Below, piece after piece: positions 12,950 to 25,210 of a stretch of DNA of 64,000 nucleotides (position 1 is the stretch's first letter; each line of letters starts with the position of its first letter). The position numbers and the translations under genes were made by a program. Below the pieces are notes generated by a model that was not told the origin of the DNA, made no database searches, and saw only the letters and a list, made by a program, of their open reading frames with translations. The DNA is from Lytechinus pictus (lineage: Eukaryota): assembly GCF_037042905.1 (NCBI RefSeq), contig NC_087245.1:930001-994000 (forward strand), written 5' to 3'.

Positions 12950-13360
12950 GAAAGTAGAGAGAGGGGGAGATAGGGATGAGTGGGGGAAGAGAGAGAGAGA
13001 GAGAGAGAGAGAGGGGGTGAAAGTAGAGAGAGGGAGAGATATGGATGAGTGGGGGAAGAGAGAGAGAGAGGGGTGAAAGTAGAGAGAGAGGGAGAGATAG
13101 GGATGAGTGGGGGAAGAGGGAGAGAGGGGGGTGAAAGTAGAGAGAGAGGGATGAGTGGGGGAAGAGAGAGGGAGAGAGGGGGGGTGAAAGTAGAGAGAGG
13201 GGGAGATAGGGATGAGTGGGGGAAGAAAGAGAGAGAGATAGGGATGAGTGGGGGAAGAGAGAGAGAGGGGGGGGTGAAAGTAGAGAGAGGGAGAGATAGG
13301 GATGAGTGGGGGAAGAGAGAGAGAGGGGGTGAAAGTAGAGAGAGGGAGAGATGGGGAGAG
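12950..13360 (+). repeat. Purine-rich minisatellite (~50-70-bp unit GAAAGTAGAGAGAGGGAGAGATAGGGATGAGTGGGGGAAG(AG)nGGGGT)
   Basis: About 7 copies that differ in (AG)n and G-run length; source of the spurious ORFs at 12903-13402. Confidence 0.93.
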
Positions 13361-14984
13361 ATTTTAGAAATAGAGAAATACATAGGATGTACATGTCAGT
13401 GATGATTAAAGATATTGGTATATAGTTAGGAATAAAATATAAAACGGAGTTAAATTGAAGAAGAAAGATATGAAAGAGGATGAGAAAAAGAGACAGAGGC
13501 TGAGATGGACAAACTTCAGATCAAAAGAAGGCGATGAGACAGTCAAAGCAAAACATGATTACATAGCATTTGTTAATGGTTAACGCTAATAATGTGAAGA
13601 AATTGAGATTATAATTCAAAAGTCATGCATCAATTTTATTCCACATTTTCACCAGATATTCATTACAACCTGATAAAATCAGTTGAACTATACGGTAACA
13701 TCACTTTGCTCTTCTTCTTGCATTTTTGAACGCATCAATGACGTAAATGGCAAGTTAAAGGGGTAGTTCAAGGTTGCCTCATTGCATATTGGTGAGCATT
13801 ATCATGGTTATGACTTGTCATCGATTCAAAGAAGGATTTTAAGATCATAAAATTATAGAAACCTTATTGATTTCAAGAATTATGTAGATTTTGACATTTT
13901 TCCTTTCCGTTTATACATGAATGGATATACGTCCTACATCAATCTACAATGTCCTGATTATGCTGACTGTCCCAGTAAAATTAAATGACTTCCATATTCA
14001 AAATGAATCGGCTCATCGTGACTATGATACAAGCAGGGCATTAATCTAAAAAGTAATACAACATTTCTTGGCAAACGATGATTGTGTTCTTGTACGTGCC
14101 CAATCATATGAGATAGAATTTATTTTCCGACTGACATTTATAATTCGTAATAACCTTCATATTGTATCAACTTCATCAACTATTCAACTTCATTGAAATG
14201 TGCAGGAGTGTATCCATGTCCATGATAGCCAGACTACCACTCAATTGAGGATTGAATATATTATAATCCACATTTTCACAATGATTTGCAAATCTATTAT
14301 GCAAATCTATTATTCATCATGTTCATTTCTATTTCTTAATTGGCAGTATGATCTACTAATTTTGTTACTGTCATTGCTGTGAGGACATGAATGGTTATGT
14401 GCCTTCTTTATTCATTATTAGAATTAAAATATAAACATGATGATGGGTTGCAGTATCATGCTTGCACGTGTGTTTGGATTCCACTTTGTCATATTTATGT
14501 TTTCTTGCTGTATTATTCTAATAAACACTAACTAGCGCGGTTCAACACAAATATTTTATTGGTAATTTTTCGACTACTTTGAATTTGAATTGGCTTAATG
14601 ACACTTCGTCACCATGTGGACCAGTCGAACATTATAATTCTTTATTATTTCATTCTTCATATATGGCTCAGATGCAGTCTTCGTCATCTTCATCACTGTC
14701 CAACTCTTATTTTCGAGCTCATAACTTGGCAACTGTTGACGAGTTTTTCTCTGAGGCGCTCGACCATTAAAACAATTTACTAGATTGTATATGGACCCGG
14801 TCCATGGACTTGGTGAATCGATGCATTATGTATTGAGTAATGTCTACCGCATGGAGAGATCATCAACGCATTATTGCATGCACATGATGCATATGAGATA
14901 AAAATTCTCCCGCCTCCATAATGCTTTCATGAACATTTTAGAGGGAACCAACGAACTCTAGAATTGATGGGGGCAAGTAGATAG

Positions 14985-15950
14985 GATGGGTATAGAGGTA
15001 ACTGGAGGAGCGGGGGGGGGGGGGTAAGGAGGTAGGATAGACAGAGGAGTAACTGGAGGAGTCGGGGTAAAGAGGTTTGATCGGTAACTTGAGGAGTGAG
15101 GAGTCAGGAGGTTGGAAGGGTATAGGAGTTACTGGAGGAGCAGGGGCTAAGGAGGTAGCCTGGATAACTTGAGGAGTAGGGTGTAAGGAGGTAACATGGG
15201 TATAGGGGTTACTGGAAGATTGGGGGTGGGGGTAAGGAGGTTGGATGGGTTTAGGGGTTACTGGTGGGGTAGGGGTAAGGAGGTATTCTGGGTACAGGAG
15301 TTACTGGAGGAGCAGGGGGTAAGGAGGTAGCCTGGATACAGGAGTTACTGGAGGAGTAGGGGGTAAGGAGGTAGCCTGGATACAGGAGTTACTGGAGGAG
15401 CAGGGGGTAAGGAGGTAGCCTGGATACAGGAGTTACTAGAGGAGCAGGGGGTAAGGAGGTAGCCTGGATACAGGAGTTACTGGAGGAGCAGGGGGTAAGG
15501 AGGTAGCCTGGATACAGGAGTTACTGGATGAGCAGGGGGTAAGGAGGTAGCATGAGTATAGGGGTCACTGGAAGAGTGGGGGTGGGGGTAAGAGGTTGGA
15601 TGAATACAGTAGTTACCGGAAGAGCAGAGGGTAAGCAGGGAGGATAGGTACTGGAGAAGTATATCGTAAGGAGGCTGGATGGGTAAAGAAGTTACTGGAG
15701 GAGTGGGGGGGGGGGGGTAAGTAGTTTGAATGGGTGTAGGAGTTACTTGAAGAGCAGGGGGTAAGGAAGTAGGATGGGTAACTGCAGGAGTATACGGCGA
15801 AAGGAGGTAGCAGAGGAGTATGACGCGTATGACGCTAGGAGGTTCGATGGGTATAGAAGTTACTGGAGTAGTGGCGGTAAGGATGTAGGATGGGTAACTG
15901 GAGGAGTGGGGTAAGGAGGTTGCGTTGGTATATGAGTTACTGGAGAAGTC
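14985..15950 (+). repeat. 44-bp G-rich minisatellite (GGATACAGGAGTTACTGGAGGAGCAGGGGGTAAGGAGGTAGCCT)
   Basis: TTACT(G/A)G recurs at 15301, 15345, 15389, 15433, 15477 and 15521 (period 44). Diverged copies lie on both sides. Confidence 0.95.
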
Positions 15951-16714
15951 AGGATGTTGGATGTATGTCAAGATTGTTGAGGGGTGTAAAGGGGCACGCA
16001 ATGGTGTAGTCACGGCACCAGAATTAATGGCGAAGAACAATGATTTTAGGAAGAGCCAAGGAGGAGCGGGAAACGTACCCCCCTTCCTTCCAGGCTATAG
16101 GAGGAGAATGAGGGGAGAAGAAGATTGATTAGGGGAAGACAATGTCCGATAAAGAAAAACATTAGTCTACCTGGTCTCGGTCTCGATAGTGTGACTGTGT
16201 CGTAATGAATAACATAAAGGTGCGTGTAAAAGTTTGATTCATTTGAAAGAAGAAGGGGATGTCTTTCTGTTTCGTGACATCCAAGATTGCATTAAGATTC
16301 CACCAACACAAGTGATTCCAGTTCACACGGGACAGTATATTTACAATGTATGCATTTAGTGATCTGCTTCAACCGTTGGTGCATCAACTATTGGATGAAT
16401 GGGAGTTGTTTGCAATCCATAACGAGTAAAACACATTTCTATTTAGGTCAAATCAGCCATATTCCATTTCATAAAATAATATCACAAATGATAACAGATG
16501 ATCAATTAAAACCAGATTTTCAGATGCTGTATCCTTTCATTTTATAGAAACTGCTTCTGTCGCTGTTTCCTTCTTTCTCTTAAAGTCGACCCCAAATCAA
16601 ACAAGCATCAAAATTGAATGAAAAGTAAGAAAAGTTATGGTATTTAAACGATTTGCTTAGTTTTCAATTACACCATATTATGTTTAATGGGCACGCACTA
16701 CACATCGTGTCGGA

Positions 16715-16752
16715 TCGCAGAGTTCACGATTCGAATCCCACCGCAGCACGTT
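16715..16752 (+). mobile_element. Decayed SINE family A head fragment
   Basis: TTCGAATCCCACCGCAGCACGTTCT resembles 6713-6740 (TTCGAATCCCACCGCGGTCTAGCGTTCT). Confidence 0.45.
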
Positions 16753-17169
16753 CTCAGACTGACAAATTTCATGCAGATTACCAAGATTACGATGAACGGA
16801 AAATCGTGGATGATTATTAATACTTAATTAATAATAATAATTATAAAAATCTTTGGAAAACAATATCATCGCAAAGACACGAGTTATAAAAGAAGAAAAA
16901 AAAAGAGAAAGACTAATGTTTATTAATCGACGAATCCCTGATATTTTCGAACAGCTCTTTCTGCTGTGTTGTTGTTTTGCTTTGCTTGTTTCTTTTCCCT
17001 TTTTTGCAAAGCAAAGCAGATGACATAAAACTTGATTGTTTCTTGATTGGTTGTGTGGGTCGTTGCGGGGTGGAGGTTCGTGGGGGCGCGGGTTCATCGG
17101 GGCGCTGGCATTGAGATAATGGTAATATCAGGTGAAAGAATTAGGGTTGATAAAGGGTGAAAAGTGTCG

Positions 17170-17193
17170 GGTGGTGGTGGTGGTAGTAGTAGC

Positions 17194-17236
<43 letters not shown>

Positions 17237-17258
17237 TAGTAGCAGCAGCAGTAGTACT
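17170..17258 (+). repeat. (GGT)n(AGT)n(AGC)n compound microsatellite
   Basis: Directly visible trinucleotide runs. Confidence 0.93.
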
Positions 17259-20200
17259 GGTAGGAGGAGGAGGGGCAGGTAGAAGTTTAGTAATAAAGAG
17301 CACTGCGATAGGCCAAAAGTAAAACTGTGTTTTTTTGGTTGCTGTTAAGCTGTATGCTTTACAAAATACGAAACAACTCTGAACATTGTTTTAATTGTCG
17401 GATGGATATAGTTTTATTTGATTCTGAACTTGAAATAAGCAGTCTTTATAAAGCGATGATTTCTGTCTGAGAGGAGAACCAAGATGTATCCTTAGGTTAA
17501 CCTGATTTTATTTACCTGAAACAATCTTAGAATTAATTATAAGACTAAAACTTGATTTACTTTATAATGGATACCCATATGGTTTACCAATACTGAAGTA
17601 TTTCCCTGTAAATGGATATAACACATGAAATCGATTGGCAACGTCTCGCTCGAAATCGATCAAACTTGCCACAAGGTTTAGGTATCAATCTCAACCATAG
17701 CGTGGTTGCGCTTGATAGCTGCAGGGGAATCTCGCCCACGTTATCGTCATATTCGAGATTCCACGATACGGATAGGAATCTAGTGATTGAAGGAAAAGAA
17801 ACAATGCAACGATTGGATGAATGATATACCCATGATTAAAATTGTCAAGGTATTTCAACGTTGTTTGTTATCGGTTTGTGGGATAATTAACTTATTGCAG
17901 TTTATTTATTACTTATTTATGTTTATTCATGATTTATTTGTTCATTTATTTATTTATTTATATGTTTAGATATTTATTTGTTAATTTACTTTTGTATGTC
18001 TTTTTTTCATATTAATAATGTATATTCAAAAGGACTAGACCTGTCTTTTCCTTTCTTTTTCTTTCTCTCGTACTTTTTATCGTTTCTCCTCATCCATCCT
18101 TTTCTAAAAAGAAATGGTCGCCCTTTGCCCCCTATAGCATCGCCCCTCATTATGTATCATGTCTCCTCTCAGTCTCCCCCTCCCCTCTCTCCCTCTTTCA
18201 CATATTTTGCCTCTCTGTTTTTAATGCATTGTTTACCTTATCTTTATGTGCTGTCTTATTCCCTTTCGCCATTCCGAATCATAAAAGCTTTATATCCCGT
18301 CACTCTTTGTCTCTATACTGATTCTCTCCTTTATCATGCCTATCCACACTTTTGCCTAAAACATTTTACATCTATTCCTGTATTCTTCAATTTTATATTT
18401 TCCATATGATTTTTGTTGCCATACTTCCAATCTTGTCATTGTCACGTGCGTGTGACAACTGTAACCTTTCCATCGTCTCGTATGCATGTATTTCGATCGT
18501 TACTCGTGAGCTTTTATTCATTCTACAGCTATTGATAGTAGAACTTGACCGCTTCCGCTCATTACATATTCTCTTCTAGTTCATGATTTTCTAGGCTGTG
18601 ACTGGCTGTCGCCACCTCTCTCCTCAAATCACTTCCATAGATCTTCCACACCCCCCCCCCCTCTAGCTCTCCCTCTCTCTCCCCCTTCTCATCCCTCTTT
18701 CTCTTACGAAATACACTACTCTCTCTGTCTCCCTCCCTTCCTTTCGAGGAGGTATATATTTTTTCCCTTTTTTCTCTCTCTCTTTCTTTCTCTACAATCG
18801 TACTCATATGTTGTCGTTGTCCATTCCTCATCATTGTATCATATCCCTTTAATGTGCATTTTTGATGCATTATGTTAACTATTATTTTCTCACCCTATAA
18901 ACTTTTGCATGGATATGACATTTACTACTAGTAGATCATCTATTTTAAAATGTATTGTATTTCTTTATAATGACATACGTCTTGTCTTATTCAAAGCGTG
19001 TGACAGAGGTAACCTCCTTTTCAAAATATACTGAGATAAATATTTTGGAGTACACACTCTCTCCTCTTACATCTCTTTGTCTTTTTTTCCAGCCATTTTC
19101 TCTCCTCTGTCTGTCTCAAAACGGCTGTTTTCGACTCGCCGTGCGGCTGCCGTAGGGGAAATGTGACTGATGTATTACATTCTTGTGTCCTTCGTCATCT
19201 CTCTCACTCCCTCTTCCTCCCCTTTCATTTCTCCCTTTCTTTCGTATTTTCTTCTCTTCTCTGTCCGTTAATGTGCATGTTAATTGTTATGATGTGAGCT
19301 TTATTCTTGACAGAGGAACACTTGATCCATTACTCTGCTAATAAGATACGTGAAGTAAAGTCCACCCAAATATGCAGTCAAAGCATGATCACAAATAATG
19401 TGAATGCACCTGCGCATTTACAGTTTTACCCTAGTTGAATGCACATATAAGCATAAAAAGATGCAGTGCTGCAGTGCGTTTGCCAACGATATTGTAATTT
19501 AATGTGAGAGTGTGGATTGGTGGTTGTACATCTTAGAACACGGACTGCTACCGCAGTAAGATTTATCAGATAATGTTTCTTATCTGTATCTGTCTTGCCT
19601 TGATCACATGCTTCCACTCAATACTGTTCTTTGGTACATTCTGTAGTCAGGTAGCTTTCCTCGTCATCATACCCGATGACAATAAGCCATATAACCATGA
19701 CTTTGTATCACCACTTTCAATTTTCTGTGATTAGGTTTTGGTATAGTATAATCGTACTGCCAGAAGCAGTGATTGAGGCGGGTTTATTATTTTAATGTTA
19801 GGTCAGGTGAATAGGAATACCCCATTTTTTCAATAGTGATTCCACATCTTCAGTAGATTATGAGTATTATTTAGAGTCAATATCACTTTCTATTTAATTT
19901 GAATAACCATAATATAATAAAGGTCTCCAATACACACCTCCATAGTTACATCTTCTGATACCACCTTCCATTCACCCTCTCTTCGTCATTCCCGCCCCCT
20001 CTCTTTCTCTGCCCCTCCCCCTCTCTGTATGCATCCACTCAATTCCAAAGCTTCATGGTGGAAAATTGCTCGCTCGCAACTTTTTATAAATTTTGCTCGG
20101 TACGCCATACCTGGCCCCCTCAATTTTTTTGGCTAATTTCGCCACTGCTTTGATATTATTTATTATTACGTTTATTCATTTTCTCAAATTATTAGTTTTA

Positions 20201-21547
20201 CAGGCCTGGCATATCCTTGTCTAAATTTGCTCATCTTCTCTTCGATCTTAAATGGATCCGCGTTTGAATAGTGTATTGCTTTAGTCCCTTTCTTATTTAA
20301 AAATGAAGAAATGACAAAAAATACTTTGTTAAACGATTATTTGATAAGGAGGAAAATGAAGTAATAAATGTATTAGTGAAACTGTAGAGTATAATGAAGT
20401 ACATAGTTTAGGAAACCATAATCATCATATGGCAAGTGGCAAGCTCTTCTGATATTATTTCTTTCTCGAGTGATCGGGGGTGGCGTTGCTTGTAATAGGT
20501 AAATAAACTCATTAATCATACAACATGAGGGCTATGCATCAGAGATTAAAGTCTGTTTAAAGGCCTGCCTAGGGATAATAATGAATGTTACATCAATCTA
20601 GCATGCCGAGTTCGAATACTATTTCCAGCTGCCATTCTGTTCAATCATCTGTAGAATGTGCATTGTTGGACTTGAAAACAAGAAGATAAAATATAATCAA
20701 TTACCAATGCCAAGTATGAAATAATCAATGTATTATTGGCTTGTGTTGGAGGGGCAATTGGTTTCTTCTCTTTCTGTGAATGTCATGCTCTATCCCCAAG
20801 AACGTTGGCAACATGCATCTAAGATGAAATAGGAGTAGCTTTTTAAATATTTTTGTTTCATTTGTTAATACTCTTTCATCGTACTTCAGATATATTCCAC
20901 CTGCACGAATCATGCCATGGTCGTTTTCCCTTTTCATTTGATAACGATGATAACGAGTGGAGGTTTTGCTTTCTGCCTATATCATATTATATTGACGTTG
21001 AGAGTCATTTTGCGCGCTGATGCAGAATTGATCGATTTTCAATTGCATATTGTACCGGTGTAGATGGGGGCTCGAATGCCGCAAGAGAAAGGCTGACGAT
21101 GATATTATTATTAAATTCATGTATATAGGCTAGCTTTCAAATGGCGGAGCTTTTTATTTCGCCCATACAATGACACATGCGGTAGGAGATAATAAATTGA
21201 ACAGAGAAATACGAGGAGGGGATTGGAGAAAATTGAGCAGTTATATCGGAATTATAATGAAGAAAAATCAAATATATTATGAAATTCTGATGAGAAATAA
21301 GTTTGCGATATTTTCTTTATTTGAAAAAAGTATATGAAAGGAGAAAGGCGAAAGTGTGACATTGATGGCATGCAGGCACTCACTATATTCTGGACGTATT
21401 TTGTTGTTTTATATTTTATATTTTACATGTATAAAGATTCTATGAAGAATGGAGAGAGGGGGTAGGGCATTTTAGATTTGATTTTGATAAACTTATACAG
21501 TAGTGTAGAAAGCTACTGCAAGGAAGCAAAAATAAAACAAAGAAGTA

Positions 21548-21640
21548 TTTATTTATTTATTTATTTATATATTAACAATATTTCAACAGGATACCCAATC
21601 AACATGAAAATTGCTCTCCCTTGGGGTCCTGCATTTAAAA
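21548..21640 (-). mobile_element. 3' end of a CR1/L2-group LINE (or derived SINE) with (AAAT)n tail
   Basis: The minus strand reads GCAGGACCCCAAGGGAGAGC...GGGTATCCTG followed by AATAAATAAATAAAT, typical of non-LTR 3' ends. Confidence 0.55.
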
Positions 21641-21713
21641 AAAAATAATCACAATATATCTTATTATACACAGTAAAATGAACATGAGAAAATGAACATA
21701 CATTATGATAAAA

Positions 21714-22138
21714 CATAATAATAATAATAATAGTACAGTTCTTAAATACGCATAACACCTACAGGTCTTTATGCGCGAGGAAAGCGAGAAATGTGGTGAG
21801 AATTGTAAATTAAAAAATTAGACATCAAATAATTATACATAAGATCAAAGAATATTAAGCATGGATTGGACCTACATGTGACTAAGTTAAACATTCTGAA
21901 AGAGGTGGGTTTTTAATTGTACTTTGAATTTCTCAAGCTGGGTAATATTTCTTAATGTCGGTGGTAGAGAATTCCATTGTGCTGGTGCAGCTTTTTGGAA
22001 AGCCCGATCCCCATATGATTTGGTCTTGACAGTAATTTTAGAGAGAAGATTTTGTGAGCCAGAACGGAGATTACGCTTGGGTTTATGAATTTGGACAAGT
22101 TCTTGAAGATAAGCAGGGGCAACATAATAGTTGAAGTC
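21714..22138 (-). mobile_element. 5'-truncated L2 (CR1-group) LINE: ORF2 C-terminus, 3' UTR and (TAT)n tail
   Basis: Manual minus-strand translation gives APAYLQELVQIHKPKRNLRSGSQNLLSKITVKTKSYGDRAFQKAAPAQWNSLPPTLRNITQLEKFKVQLKTHLFQNV* (stop 21889-21887). This matches the L2 ORF2 end motif YGDRAF..AAP..WNSLP..LR.....FK..LKTHLF. The frame has no ATG, so it is absent from the ORF track. Confidence 0.9.
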
Positions 22139-23769
22139 ATATATAAACGAAACTATAAATAACTATTAAGTACGCACATCATTAAAAAGAAGGGAATATA
22201 CATACATAGAACATAATGATCGAAATTGACATCGGAGATATTTACTATTGGAAAAAAAGTATGATTGGGAACATAAATTATCTCGTAGAAATTCAATATT
22301 GACAATCTGAATAGATCCTTTGTGTAGTGCATGGGATTAAAAGAACAAAAAAGCAGCCTCTATCCAACTTCATTAGAACGATCAACACGAATCCACAGAC
22401 AAAATATCATGATGTTGGTATATTGATATCGTTTCTTTTATCTTAAAAAATAGAAATATCTTCTATAAAGTGAAACATAGAATATGGCTCATAGTAACGG
22501 GTATATAGTCTCCAGAAATTTAAATCAGCAGACTCGATACTGCTTCCACTGTTTTTCATAGAATAGCGCCCCCTCGCATTAAAAGTGGAAAATTAAATAG
22601 GATTAACAAAACGATTTTGGCATTGATTCATTGGTACATTCCTTGATCGTATCGAAGGATGACCCGTCCAAGAAATAATAAAAATGGGATTTATTTGTCA
22701 CTCTGCATTATTCAGATAGTATGAACTCATTTTGTTAAAACCTTTTCCGCATAGGACCATGATAAATTAATTTTGACCTATAGCAATTACTAAAATAAAA
22801 TATTATGTTTGATGAAAAGGCCTTTTCTGTTTTGTCAAAAAATATAATTATCCTACCAACTTTTTTGTTAGACATAAAATTTTGTGGTATTATTTTGGGA
22901 AATCTTCAGCAGTTCCTATATGTTACCAAGCATAGACACGCCGGTATGACCTACTTAATTTGCCAAAAAGATGTTTGGTACTGGAGGAAAAAAACCCTAA
23001 CAGACAGGCCAAGGGAGCATTAAAACATCTCATCTTTATTTCGTTGAACGCATCTTTTCAATCTCTCTTTGTTGTTTATAAACAAGTGATCCTCAACACT
23101 CGACCTCACTCCTTCATCTGTCAAAAACACTCGCGTGCCATACGTCACTTCTGTCAAATATCACATATCTGATATTCATACCAATGGCAAACATTTATGT
23201 CACGACGTTTCTTTATAAACCTCTCCGTATCCAAAGATTTTGACCCCTTATTGGTTTTATATTTGAGTGTTTCCCTGGAGCACGGGAAATGGTTGATTGT
23301 GAGGTCAACATTGACTCGCCACGACCTTTTCCATTTAAAATCAGGTCAGTTATAAGAAATAAGCTAGACAACCTCCCACCTACTTAATGTCCACTTTTTC
23401 TGCGTTCGATTTCATTTTTACATTTTCTTCTCTGAAAATGCACTGGGGAGGGGGGTGGCTCACTATTCCTTACGTCATCACATCTGATTGATAGGGGCAA
23501 CCATTACCCTCCATCTCACCATGGATCCTAGAGTTGTAACTGACAACCAGTAGCCCCAATGAATAAACATATCAAACTAGGAAGTCCATCTGTTTAACAG
23601 CCGCTAGTATCCGATCCCATGGGTAACAGATGTGACCCCATAGGGGATTATGTGATGCCACTTCCACATTTCGTCACCTAATTTCAAACCTGCCGCTCTC
23701 TTGGGGTTTAAGGGGTATCGAATGCCCCTTTTCTTTTCCAATTCTTACTCATCGTATTACTTAATTGTT

Positions 23770-24650
<881 letters not shown>

Positions 24651-25164
24651 TGAATGGCATTGGAACCATACAGCAATCATGATATATGACCAAGTTCTAT
24701 TTTCTTGTCAGATGAAGTCCATGGTTTCTAAATCAGCGAGAAGCTACATCGTATTCAATTTCAAAAACTGAATATTGCATTTTTGCGATGCTTCCTTAAC
24801 GGAAAAGATTCTTAATGTTTACAATTTTTTGAAAGGAAATACCATGAATTACGTGTTATCTTCATCACTGTTTTTGTGGTAAAAGCGTAATATAATAATA
24901 ATACAAAATAATTCTTGTAAATCATATCGCTGACCGGTCATGATACCATGATTAATTGAAAATAGGAAGAGTGAGTCGCCATTAGTGATTGTCTTTTGGG
25001 GGTAGCATTTCCTGTTCTTTACCCTTCCTCTTCCCTTTTCTCCCTTCTCAATTCCCCTGCCGACCCCCCCCCCCCCCTCACCCCACCGGTTCGATGCTGT
25101 TCACTCTCTAATCAATCATAATTGAGTATTTTGGAAAGTACTTCCATTATGCGTTAAAATTAAT

Positions 25165-25210
25165 TCAGCAAGAAATTTATCCAGATTATGCTGCTCTCGA
25201 CCCAGGTGAG
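25165..25210 (+). mobile_element. SINE family B core fragment
   Basis: GCAAGAAATTTATCCAGATTATGCTGCTCTCGACCCAGGTGAG is nearly identical to 12112-12154. Confidence 0.75.

Noticed and set aside
12903..13402. Ser/Leu/Pro- and Glu/Arg/Gly-rich ORFs
   Set aside because: Translations of the purine-rich minisatellite.
14650..14770. Minus-strand acidic peptide (ELDSDEDDEDCI*) as a possible decayed transposase or gene end
   Set aside because: Too short, needs a frameshift to extend, and no family is recognisable.
15289..15550. Regular 44-bp repeats as a CRISPR array, and the 187-aa Pro-rich ORF at 15477-16040
   Set aside because: The units are head-to-tail with no unique spacers, there are no cas genes and the context is eukaryotic. 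The ORF is repeat-derived.
20090..20147. hAT-like right end (...TTCGCCACTG)
   Set aside because: No matching left TIR or TSD, so the element cannot be delimited.
21952..22140. 62-aa minus-strand ORF in the track
   Set aside because: Wrong frame; the meaningful L2 ORF2 peptide is in a different minus frame.
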